DNA of 63,780 nucleotides, filler included, from Octopus bimaculoides (GCF_001194135.2; 6 parts of 5 records of this genome joined end to end with filler, not necessarily neighbours in it), one strand, 5' to 3'; positions 29,346-40,539 are shown, counted from the whole stretch's first letter. Program-made: numbers and translations. The notes: generated by a model not told the origin, from the letters alone.

Positions 29346-29499
29346 TTGAGAAAGGCCTCAAAATACATCTCCGACGCTCAAAGAATTTTGCGAATATCTG
29401 CTTTAATGATATATCTACCTTTAACATCATCTATCCAACCACTAGTGCTCTGAGTTTCTAATCTATCTCTATGTGTCTATTTAATCTATCTATGCGTCG

Positions 29500-32400
29500 T
29501 TGAAGTCATGTCAAAATCAGTGGAGTACATTCGTACACATGGTAAGCTGTGGATATGCAAAACCTGTCATCTAACGCTTAAGAGAAACCAAGTGCCTGCA
29601 CCGTCATTGCTTAGCGGTACGGAGTTGGAGCTAGAAGATTTGAGGCTGCTGGAACTACGCTTGATCAGTCAGCGGATACCTTTCCTGAAACTTTTTGGGC
29701 TGCTCAGATGTGGACAGAAGGCCATATATTGCAGCGCCGTCAATGTACCATCCAAGCAGCAGTCCGTCGTATCTTTGTTACCAAGACTGCCAGATTCGGC
29801 CAAAGTCATCCCACCGAAACTCAAGCGTAGATTGGCATATAAAGGACATTACATGCACGAATATGTGCGCCAGAAAAAGTTAATGGAGGCACTTTGCTGG
29901 CTTCAGGAAAATAATCTGTTGTACAAGGAAATTATGGTCTGTTACGAATGGGAAAACTGGAGGGAGGAAGATGACGCGGATTTGTGGGCTGCCATGGCAA
30001 GGCCATCAGTAACGGTAATCCAGGATTGTGGAAAGCAGATCACAGTGAAAGACCATCTCCTCTTCCATCAGGAAACTATCGTCTGGTATTAGAACATCAG
30101 TCAAAAAAGTAAAACTTGAAAATTCATCATGATCCTGGAAACAGCAGCTGTTTTAATCACACCGTGGCATGGTCCCTGTCAGCCTTCTATGATCAGCGCA
30201 TGAGTGTTCAAGAGATGCGGGAAAAGCTTTTTCAACATGTTGAAAGAACACAATTCATGCTAATAGCATGAATTTGTTGCACCTTACAGAAGAGCCAGAA
30301 CCATCACTCATCAGAGATAGTTGCAACGATATGACGTATACATCAATGACATCAGAAATGGCGCCTGCGTAGGCAATTTGGCAGTACAGGCTGTAGTTGA
30401 TATGCTTGACATTAACATTAGTCATACCTACCGTGACACCAATAGGATACATGACATTCTACCCCTGCAAGGCAAAATTAGGCGGACAATAACCATTGGT
30501 TTAATGGGTGAGCGATATTACGTGGCATTTCGGAATGCTGACACAGAGTTCAGAAGCGAAGAAGAAGCAAGAGTTGGAAGATAAGGAAGACAGAATTGCT
30601 TTTGAGCAGACAAAAATCTTTGCGGTATTCCATGTGACACGCTGCTGCAAGAAGTTGCCGGGAGAAACATTACTTCTGTAGCGCAAGGGAATAACCAGAA
30701 ACCTTATCCTTTTTTAACCGATGAAACGTTCGAAGAACTGGCTAATCCGTCCAAGTATCTTTTCGGCCGCAAAGGATTATCTCAGGAGAGAGTGAAGGAG
30801 ATAACTCAAAGGAAATACTTCAATCAGCGACTTTTAAACAAACATGAAAGATTTGCCAGAGACATAGACTACCTCCTTGCCGCTCAGAATGCTGTGGGGG
30901 ACAAGCAACTTATTGACAACATTATGATTTCTCTGAGGCAGACCTGAGGTCAGAACTTCCAGCACAGGAAACTGAATGCCGGCCTAAGGAAGAACTCAGT
31001 GAATGTTGAGGCCATACTGCGCACTGACACTACTTTCAAGTTTGTGAAGAACATCAGAGGCTCACCTGCGTACTGGAACACTGTTTTATTAGAATTTTTT
31101 GCTATGGTCAGGCAACTTGGAATCCCTAGATGGTTCTTAATTCTTTCCTCAGCTGACATGCAGTGGCTAGCAGTCACCCAAAGTATATTCCATCAATACG
31201 GAAAACAACTGACAACTGATGACATCAAGAATATGCAATGGGAAGAAAAGTGCAGATGGCTCAGGTGTAACCCAATAACAGCTGTACGACAATTCAAACA
31301 CTGACTTTACATGTTTTTTTAAGGAATTCATTGGTGGTGAGTCTAACCCAATAAGCCAGCTTGGAGTCTACATGATACGCAGTGAATTCCAGGTGAGAGG
31401 TTCGCCACATGCGCACACCATCCTATGGATAAAGAATGCGCCGAAACTTGATGCGAACAGTAATGAGGAATTCTCATTTTCATTAACCAATACCAGACAT
31501 ATGCCATTCCAGGAGAAACAGAGTGTGATTTGAGACAGCTCGTCCTCTCTTTACAGAAGCATGTACGCAAGACGACATGCCGAAGAGTGAGATCATGCAG
31601 ATTCAAATTTCCACATTACTCGTCTGCTGAAACTGTGATTGCTCGAGTGCCTAATGTAGACGACCCAGCATCTACAAAACGTCTAGTAGGAACTAAAGCA
31701 GAAATTTTCCACAAAGTGTGCAAAGTTATGGGGGATAAAGATATTCCTGAAGATATTTCTTTGGAGTTTTGCTTCAGAAGGCCTAGGTACCAGGAAGTGG
31801 TGAAGTTGATGAAATATGGAAAACAGATGGTGCTACAGCGTCAACTATCTGAAAGGTGGATCAACCAGTTTCACCCCAAGGTTTTCTAAACATGGCATCC
31901 CAACAGGGACTTGCAGTTCATCGTAGACCCTTATTCCTGTATTATGTATATTACCAGCTACATGATGAAGAGTGAAAGGGCTATCTTTATCCCCCATGAC
32001 TTTGCACACTTTGTGGAAAATTTCTGCTTTAGTTCCTACTAGACGTTTTGAGCTGCTGAAAAAGATGGCAGAAGAAAACAGAGGAGAGGACTTGAAATCA
32101 AAGCTGAGAAAAGTCAGGTCATCATTCTTGGATAACAGGGAGGTCAGCTCCTCGGAGGCTGCCTATAGACTACTTTCTCTACCTATATAAATGGCTAGTA
32201 GAAAAGTTGTATTTGTAACCACAACATCCAAAGGAGAATGAGATCCTCCAAGAAATGGACGATGACGATGAAAAAATCTTTCTGACATCTCCCCTTGATA
32301 TGTATGCTCCATGACCAGATGACCTGAAGGATATGTCCTTGGCCGGATTTTTAACCACGTACACATCTAGCAGAAAAGACGCGACTGGTGAGACAGCTGA

Positions 32401-32545
32401 TCAAACGATAAATGACGCTGATAACAACGAATCAGATGAAATAAGTCCCAACAAGCTTCTAGCAGTCATCACTCTGCGTAATGGACTGCGACAAATGAGG
32501 AAGCACAAGCGCCACTGCATCATACGCTTTAGCCTCGTTTTTCTT
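29500..32545 (+). pseudogene. Helitron/Helentron Rep (HUH endonuclease) pseudogene with DUF6570-like N-terminus and OTU-like insert, truncated before the helicase
   Basis: WICKTCH...LISQRIPF...VNVP...LPRLP...LKRRLAYKGHY...ALCWLQENNLLY; FVKNIRGSPAYW...MVRQLGIPRWFLILSSADMQW; HUH motif SEFQVRGSPHAHTILW (31381-31428); KH..TC...CRFKFP; DLQFIVDPYSCIMYITSYMMK with a YxxxY motif at 31947-31961; REVSSSEAAYRLLSLP; DMY..*P..L..MSLAGF; ITLRNGLRQMRK...IIRF. It has many stops and frameshifts and is more GC-rich than its flanks. Confidence 0.9.
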
Positions 32546-32689
32546 TAAAGAAAATTGATTGTATCCAAATATTCTACGTCTAAAAAAGCGTGTTTCGAAT
32601 TACGACATCCATATTTGCGATTGGAGATAATAAGAACTTCTTAGCCATTTAGATGACTTTAAACATAAAACTACACGCCCGCACAAACG

Positions 32690-32815
32690 GGATACTAGTC
32701 CGTCGCAGAGTTATCCCACGGCCGCTTCTGGTACGTACTTTAGCTGATGGGTGACTGAGAATATACATATAGCCGTTCAGGAATCGAACCTTCGTCCTAA
32801 CGATCGGGAGCACAA
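32690..32815 (-). mobile_element. tRNA-derived SINE fragment (unclassified)
   Basis: Minus strand contains a perfect B-box GGTTCGATTCC (about 32780-32790) followed by a non-tRNA body. Confidence 0.45.
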
Positions 32816-32929
32816 CAAACAAAGCATGAGCAGTCTATACGAATGCTGAAGGTATACAAAGTTCTTTGTTCTAAGGTATGCTTATTTATTTTTTGTCACA
32901 AAATATTATAATAAAATTTTCTGAAAATA

Positions 32930-33063
32930 AAATAGCGAGAGGACAGAGTCATTAGCATGTCGGGGAAAATGTTTAGAAGCATTTGATCCGTCCGTACGTT
33001 CTTAGTTCAAATTCCGCCGAATTTGACATTGCCTGCCATGCTTTCGGGTCGATAAAATAAGTT
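32930..33063 (+). mobile_element. SINE family A, 3'-truncated, diverged
   Basis: ttagcatgtcggggaaaatgtttag...ttagttcaaattccgccga...tttcgggtcgataaaataagt. Confidence 0.7.
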
Positions 33064-33288
33064 CTACATTATTTAAATTATTTATATTTGACGGATATTT
33101 GTCCTTATCTTGTTTGTTGTTAACACAACGTTTCGGCTGATATACCCTCCAGCCTTCATCAGGTGCCATGTGGAAATTTTGAACCTGAATTCTCGTTCCT
33201 AAGGTATTTTTTGATGTTATAATTATAATTATTATTAAGGTCACTGCCTGGAATTGAACTCGGAATGTTGGGGTTAATAGCCCGCGCT
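33064..33288 (-). mobile_element. tRNA-head SINE-like element containing a hammerhead ribozyme and PLE-like 3' end
   Basis: Minus strand reads gcgcgggctattaaccccaacattccGAGTTCAATTCCaggc (tRNA anticodon and T arms, B-box), an AT-rich linker, the HHR, then an A/C-rich tail. Confidence 0.65.
33120..33168 (-). ncRNA. Minimal type I hammerhead ribozyme (PLE-type, palindromic stem III)
   Basis: GGCAC-CUGAUGA-A-GGCUG(GAGGGUAUAU)CAGCC-GAAA-C-GUU/GUGUU. It has a canonical core, a 5-bp stem II, stem I GGCAC:GUGUU and the AACGUU palindrome. Confidence 0.8.
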
Positions 33289-33534
33289 TTGTACATTTTA
33301 TGTACATCGTACATCTTATGTAGTGTTCTCACTACATGAATAAATGGAGTTTGTACGAAACGTACGTACTGTTATAACCTATTGAATTTTTGTTGCTTCT
33401 CTTCAAATACATATATATATATATATATATACGCGCGCGCGCGTGAATGTGTGCATGTTTGTATACATGCATACACATATATGTACACATTAGACACGAA
33501 AATGCACATAAACATATGAATATGCATGTACGAA

Positions 33535-33591
<57 letters not shown>

Positions 33592-34014
33592 TGTATATGA
33601 TAGCAATTGTGTTCATATTCACCGTAAGTAACCTAACAACTGGATTACACCTAGACCCTTTCTAAACAGTCATGACCCCCTTTCTAGAGATACCTTTCTT
33701 GAAACGTTTACGGAAATGTCTTAAAACAGGGGGTAAATGTGGCATATATTGGTGTGTTTATGTGAATGTATCAGCGTCTATAATTAGTAGTCTGTGCATT
33801 AGCATGCATGTATATATATTTAGCCATTACGACATATACATGTGCAGGTATAAGAGCGTTAATGAGTGAATAAATGAATGCTTAATTGTTATCTTGTATT
33901 ATGATCCATTTGAATATGTGAACATGCCCGTAAAAAAAGCGTGTATATCAATACATATTAATATCCGTGAAAATGAGTATATGCGCTTGTGTGTGTGTGT
34001 GTGTGTGTATGTGT

Positions 34015-34064
<50 letters not shown>

Positions 34065-34143
34065 ACGTATGCACTAGCAGTATATATACTTGCCTGTGAA
34101 ATGCATAAATTCTGTTGTATTTCGTACTCTCTATTCGGCTCAC

Positions 34144-34145
<2 letters not shown>

Positions 34146-34174
<29 letters not shown>

Positions 34175-34220
34175 CTTCTTCTTCTTCTTCTTCTTCTTCT
34201 TCTTCTTCTTCTTCTTCTTC
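34146..34220. repeat. (CTT)n microsatellite
   Basis: Directly visible. Confidence 0.95.
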
Positions 34221-34344
34221 NNNNNNNNNNNNNNNNNNNNNNNNNNNNNNNNNNNNNNNNNNNNTTAATTAATTAANNNNNNNNNNNNNNNNNNNNNNNN
34301 NNNNNNNNNNNNNNNNNNNNTATATATATATATATATATATATA

Positions 34345-34530
34345 TGGGAGAATTTACGAAAAAAACAACAACGGACGACGACAAGTGGTGTAAACAACAA
34401 AAGGACGTATTAGTTTAACGCTCGGGAATAGAGAAAGTGTTTAACGTTTCGAGCTACGCTCTTCAACAGAAAGAATAAGGAGAAAACAAGGAGAAAAACA
34501 CGGAGAAAAAAAATTTGGAGAAAACAAAAA
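34345..34530 (-). mobile_element. PLE-terminus-like element with variant hammerhead (copy 1)
   Basis: Minus strand reads UCUUU-CUGUUGA-A-GAGC(GUA)GCUC-GAAA-CGUU/AAACA at 34475-34436. It ends ...AAATTCTCCC-(TA)n and is homologous to 36820-36975. Confidence 0.65.
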
Positions 34531-34569
34531 ATTATATATATATATATGTGTATGTATATACATACATAA

Positions 34570-34740
34570 TGTGAGGTTCAATGGACCAGCGGTCGTAGGA
34601 TCGCGGTTTCGATTTCCAGAACGTACGTTGTGAGTGTTTATTGAGCGAAAACACTTAAAGCTCCACGAGACTCCGGCAGGGGATGGTGTCGAACTCTGAT
34701 GTACTCTTTCACCACAACTTTCTCTCACTCTTTCTTCCTG
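34570..34740 (+). mobile_element. tRNA-derived SINE (unclassified)
   Basis: ggtcgtaggatcgcGGTTTCGATTTCCag (B-box-like) is followed by a body and a CT-rich tail. Confidence 0.45.
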
Positions 34741-34904
34741 CTGCTGTTGTATCTGTATTTCCACCGTGTCATTATTAATCTTCTTTTAGTACGTTTTCAT
34801 TGCTGTTTTTATTGTTTATCTTTGATGTTCAATAGCTTCGATTTCTTCACTTTATATTTTTGCTTCCGATCAGTAATTTCCTATGTTTTTAAATTAATGG
34901 ATCT

Positions 34905-35283
34905 ATTTTAAAACGGGGGCGCCAGTATTTTTCTTAACGAAACACTAACGAAACACTTTGAAACTTGGGACACTGGTAGAATGTGTCATATAAAACATCT
35001 TTTACTCTTAGTCTTCTTAACAAAAAAAAGGAATTTGCAAGTTATTCCATGTTAAAGTTGTCGTATTTCTGTAATTTCAACCAATCACTGACGTCTATTC
35101 AGCTCAATAGGGTTACTGCTGGGCGGTCATAAAAATGTTATTCCCTGTGACATATTTCATCCGGTTTAATCGTAATTTATACGCATATATTGTTTATATA
35201 ATAAATTACGCTGTGCGTATCTATGTGTGTAACAATTTTAGAGTTCGGATTCTCGAGTTAGGGTTAGTTTTAGGGTTAGGGTT
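34905..35283 (+). repeat. Dispersed repeat ending in TTAGGG-like units at a gap edge
   Basis: gagttagggttagttttagggttagggtt at 35255-35283. It shares a segment with 25735-25830. Confidence 0.45.
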
Positions 35284-36108
35284 NNNNNNNNNNNNNNNNN
35301 NNNNNNNNNNNNNNNNNNNNNNNNNNNNNNNNNNNNNNNNNNNNNNNNNNNNNNNNNNNNNNNNNNNNNNNNNNNNNNNNNNNNNNNNNNNNNNNNNNNN
35401 NNNNNNNNNNNNNNNNNNNNNNNNNNNNNNNNNNNNNNNNNNNNNNNNNNNNNNNNNNNNNNNNNNNNNNNNNNNNNNNNNNNNNNNNNNNNNNNNNNNN
35501 NNNNNNNNNNNNNNNNNNNNNNNNNNNNNNNNNNNNNNNNNNNNNNNNNNNNNNNNNNNNNNNNNNNNNNNNNNNNNNNNNNNNNNNNNNNNNNNNNNNN
35601 NNNNNNNNNNNNNNNNNNNNNNNNNNNNNNNNNNNNNNNNNNNNNNNNNNNNNNNNNNNNNNNNNNNNNNNNNNNNNNNNNNNNNNNNNNNNNNNNNNNN
35701 NNNNNNNNNNNNNNNNNNNNNNNNNNNNNNNNNNNNNNNNNNNNNNNNNNNNNNNNNNNNNNNNNNNNNNNNNNNNNNNNNNNNNNNNNNNNNNNNNNNN
35801 NNNNNNNNNNNNNNNNNNNNNNNNNNNNNNNNNNNNNNNNNNNNNNNNNNNNNNNNNNNNNNNNNNNNNNNNNNNNNNNNNNNNNNNNNNNNNNNNNNNN
35901 NNNNNNNNNNNNNNNNNNNNNNNNNNNNNNNNNNNNNNNNNNNNNNNNNNNNNNNNNNNNNNNNNNNNNNNNNNNNNNNNNNNNNNNNNNNNNNNNNNNN
36001 NNNNNNNNNNNNNNNNNNNNNNNNNNNNNNNNNNNNNNNNNNNNNNNNNNNNNNNNNNNNNNNNNNNNNNNNNNNNNNNNNNNNNNNNNNNNNNNNNNNN
36101 NNNNNNNN

Positions 36109-36150
<42 letters not shown>

Positions 36151-36152
<2 letters not shown>

Positions 36153-36299
36153 GACGGACTTCCTTCAGTTTCCGTCTACCAAATCCAGTCACTAGGCTTT
36201 GGTCGGGCCAAGACTACAGTAGAAGACACTGGCCCAAGGTGCCGCGCAGTGAGACTGAACCCGGAACCAAGTGGTTGAGAAGCAAGCTTCTTACCACAC
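36151..36299 (-). mobile_element. CORE-type SINE family B
   Basis: tggtcggcccaagactacagtagaagacactggcccaaggtgccgcgcagtgagactgaacccgg...ttaccacac. Confidence 0.85.
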
Positions 36300-36819
36300 A
36301 TATGTGTATATATATGCATAACACACACGTTCAAGCGTGCATGTGTACATGCACGCACACGTATGCGCATATTCGGGCGTATTTATGCTTGTTTGTGTGT
36401 GCGTGTATCTGTTAATATAAATACATACATACACGCATACATTCATACATACATGCATATATGTACGAATAGAAGTACGGATGCACGTGCGTACGTATGT
36501 ATGCGTATATATATGTTTATATTTGGCTCTAAAAATGCTTTATTTCCTAAGAATTAGGTCTGGGAATATGGGCGGCTATAATTTTCTGTGAAAGTTTTAT
36601 TTACAGTTTTATATACATAATGTCTGTTTGTAATTATTGGTAATATGTGATATTTATATGAGGTGATCTTCAGTTTGGAGCTTCTAGGTAGTTTGCATGC
36701 GAGCAAATGACATGAACTTTACGAGCGCACATGTTAACACTGATACGCATGCGCTGTACGCTTTGTGCGTGCATCTGTATGCGTACATGTATGTAACCAC
36801 ACACATATACCTATATATA

Positions 36820-36975
36820 TAGGGAGAATTCACAGCCCCAAAAAAACAAAAGACGAAGACATGCGGTGTAAACAACAAACAGATGTATTAGTATAACGCT
36901 CGATAAGTGAAAAAGTCTTTAACGTTTCGAGCCTACGCTCTTCCACAGAAAGAAACAAGGAGAGAAAAAGGAATG
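36820..36975 (-). mobile_element. PLE-terminus-like element with variant hammerhead (copy 2)
   Basis: Minus strand reads UCUUU-CUGUGGA-A-GAGC(GUAG)GCUC-GAAA-CGUU/AAAGA at 36953-36916, with a perfect 5-bp stem I. It ends GAATTCTCCC-(TA)n. Confidence 0.7.
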
Positions 36976-37100
36976 TGTAGTGGCTAGCGATCTATCGTAT
37001 GTGTGTGTGTGTGTGTGCGTATTATATACATATATATGGATATATATATNNNNNNNNNNNNNNNNNNNNNNNNNNNNNNNNNNNNNNNNNNNNNNNNNNN

Positions 37101-37213
37101 GTCACAAGGATTTGGTCGGCCCGAGATTATAGTAGAAGACACTTGCGCCGAAGGACGACGCAGTGGAACCGAACATGGTATCATGTAGTTGGGAAGAAAA
37201 CTTCTTACCACAA
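37101..37213 (-). mobile_element. CORE-type SINE family B
   Basis: ggatttggtcggcccgagattatagtagaagacacttgcgccgaagg...ttaccaca. Confidence 0.8.
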
Positions 37214-38449
37214 AGCAACTCCGAAGTTCTTAAAATCATTGTGTATGTAGTTAAAGGAACACAAAAATCAAATAGGTTCTGGAAGATAATACGTATTTTG
37301 ATTTAAATTTCGATAAATGTGACATCCAGAAACAATACGTTTAGCGACGAACACCGAATATAGAGGTTTTAAGACTCAAACAAAATGTGTCGATCTTGTA
37401 ACACCAGGGTAGCAGGGATTTGCGAAATTTTATGAGTTTACTGTGAGGAAAGGTACCACAAGTGTAACCTGATATTAACTGTACTCTGCATCAGCATTAA
37501 GAGATTCTTCTAGATGTAAGATTCCTTATATAATGTCATAAATTGTAACCAATGGCATAATATTATCGTATTTTTGTATATTCGTAGTTTTGCTTTGTGT
37601 TTTATATTTAACATATAAACGATGGATTTCTTCTCCGTTATTACAGTAAATCGTATGCCAGGCAAATTTGGTTTCCTTTCTTTTTTTTTTTTTTCCAGAG
37701 CATCAACTATCCTATAAACTTCTTTTCTTAAGGCAGATTGATTTTCTCAGTAAAATTTAGTGATTGATAAAAGAATGCTATAGATCAACTAATTTTTTTT
37801 TATCATGAACAGACTCGATGGTAGCTGCAAAAGCGCCAATTTCGATGATAAACGACATGTGTTTAACCTTAACAGAGTCAAAACTGCGGTCATGCTGGGG
37901 CACCACTGTTGACTGAACTACACCATTATTTGAAACATCCTCTGTTATGTGGCATTTGGTCAACGAGGGAGTTTGATGCCGCTGCCCTCGTCTGTGTTCC
38001 CTGTTGTGAGGTAGGCTCGTCTGGAATCCTTGACAGTTGTTTTTAAGTTTGTGGTTGCTGTTACAACTTCCGATTTTGTGGTCTTCGTCACAGTTTAGAA
38101 TTATCTTTAGAAAATATTTTAATGTATCATATAGGTGTAATTTTTAACGCTGAATTCGAATTTGTTATTCATTTATTTCAGGAAAATGTTGCAAATATGT
38201 TACAGGTGTTCAAAAATTGATAATTTTCAGAATTTTCAGCCAATCAGAGAACAGCGCGTTCGCTACCTCTTCCATCATCAGGGTGTGGGGAGCATCGACA
38301 TGTCAAAACATTGCTAGATATAACAGTCAAAACATTAAAATATACACGAATGAAGTTAACATTAAAGCATTCGAGAGCAAATTAAATATTCAAAAGCTAC
38401 GAACAAACCAACCAACGGGAGTTGAATGTTCGCCATCTCACTTCCATTG

Positions 38450-38516
<67 letters not shown>

Positions 38517-39070
38517 NNNNNNNNNNNNNNNNNNNNNNNNNNNNNNNNNNNNNNNNNNNNNNNNNNNNNNNNNNNNNNNNNNNNNNNNNNNNNNNNNNNN
38601 NNNNNNNNNNNNNNNNNNNNNNNNNNNNNNNNNNNNNNNNNNNNNNNNNNNNNNNNNNNNNNNNNNNNNNNNNNNNNNNNNNNNNNNNNNNNNNNNNNNN
38701 NNNNNNNNNNNNNNNNNNNNNNNNNNNNNNNNNNNNNNNNNNNNNNNNNNNNNNNNNNNNNNNNNNNNNNNNNNNNNNNNNNNNNNNNNNNNNNNNNNNN
38801 NNNNNNNNNNNNNNNNNNNNNNNNNNNNNNNNNNNNNNNNNNNNNNNNNNNNNNNNNNNNNNNNNNNNNNNNNNNNNNNNNNNNNNNNNNNNNNNNNNNN
38901 NNNNNNNNNNNNNNNNNNNNNNNNNNNNNNNNNNNNNNNNNNNNNNNNNNNNNNNNNNNNNNNNNNNNNNNNNNNNNNNNNNNNNNNNNNNNNNNNNNNN
39001 NNNNNNNNNNNNNNNNNNNNNNNNNNNNNNNNNNNNNNNNNNNNNNNNNNNNNNNNNNNNNNNNNNNNNC

Positions 39071-39380
39071 CTCGGCGGAATTTGAACTCAGAACGTAACG
39101 GCAGATGAAATACCACTAAGCATTTCGCCCGGCGTGCTAACATTTCTTATTCCTTTATTGCCCACAAGGGGCTAAACATAGAGGGGACAAACAAGGACAG
39201 ACAAAGGGATTAAGTCGATTATATCGACCCCAGTGCATAACTGGTACTTAATTTATCGATCCCGAAAGGATGAAAGACAAAGTCGACCTCGGCGGAATTT
39301 GAACTCAGAACGTAAAGACAGACGAAATACCGCTAAGCATTTCACCTGGCGTGCTAACGTTTCTGCCAGCTCACCGCCTT
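39071..39380 (-). mobile_element. SINE family A head-to-tail dimer (runs into gap)
   Basis: A full unit runs 39380-39145. A second unit starts without its first ~18 nt at the junction ATAAGAA-ATGTTAGCACG. Confidence 0.9.
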
Positions 39381-39550
39381 ATCTTCGGAATGTAATGTAA
39401 CAGAAAAGGTACGCGCACCGTAAGACAATATAAAACACTTGTAAGAAGATGGTCTTTTACTTAAGCTGGGTAACAAACGTCTAAGTAAATAATTTTAACA
39501 GTTTCAGAGCAGTCAACTACTTTCTTTTGCTTTTATTGTTAAAGACATGT

Positions 39551-39745
39551 AAGGCGCAAGCTGGCAGAATTACTAGTATGTCGAACAAAACGTCTAGCGT
39601 CATTTTACCCGTCTTTGCGTTCTGAGCTGAAATGCTATTGAGGTCGACTTTGTTTTTCGAGGTAGATAAAATAAGTACCATTAGAGCATTGAGATCGTTG
39701 TAATCGACTCGTTTCAAGATTCGAAGCCTTGTGCCTAGAGCAGAC
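39551..39745 (+). mobile_element. SINE family A, diverged, head-to-head with the 39071-39380 dimer
   Basis: aaggcgcaagctggcagaat...gaggtcgactttg...aaataagtacca...gccttgtgcctag. Confidence 0.75.
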
Positions 39746-40172
39746 GGAATCGTTAACGCCATTTACCTGCGCACTTGCCACACTGTGTCACTTCAATAAT
39801 GTCATCCTTGAGAATATAATTATATATCGAGTATAATTGCTCACTTCTGAGATGGTTGAACTTATGGGATTTTGTAATTACAAATTTAATTCCTGAAAAT
39901 ATATAAGTGAATACTGTTGGTGGATCTATTTTTAAAGAAGCTGCAGGGCAAATTTGCAAATCCCGTTTACAGAGTTTAACATACGAATGTTAGCTAAAAA
40001 AAATTAATATGAAGATTAACGTCCAAATAGCAGTGAAGTAGTGCCATGAACTGCACTTGGCTGTAGGGGTAGTTTTTTATTTTTCATTTAATTTTACGTC
40101 ATCAGATTTTTTGATGAGTGTAATCAACTGAAATAAGACCATCGCTGTCAAATCATTCTCTCTATCTATCTA

Positions 40173-40207
<35 letters not shown>

Positions 40208-40378
40208 NNNNNNNNNNNNNNNNNNNNNNNNNNNNNNNATATATATTTATCTCTCTCTCTCTATCTCTCTCTCTCACTCTATCTCTCTCTCTCTATCTCT
40301 CTCTCTCTCTATCTCTATCTCTCTATCTCTCTCTCTCTCTCTCTCTATCTCTATCTCTCTATCTCTCTCTCTCTATCT

Positions 40379-40437
<59 letters not shown>

Positions 40438-40539
40438 TCGGCACTGTAGGTTATATGCTAATTAACCATGGATGACAGTTGCAGAGCTAGCCGTGTCGAG
40501 AAGGAGCCCTTTCAGAACAGCTGAGTCAATAATTATTTC

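Noticed and set aside
38255-38295. Minus-strand CTGATGATGG...GCGAACGCG
   Set aside because: It has GAAC instead of GAAA and no stem II pairing.
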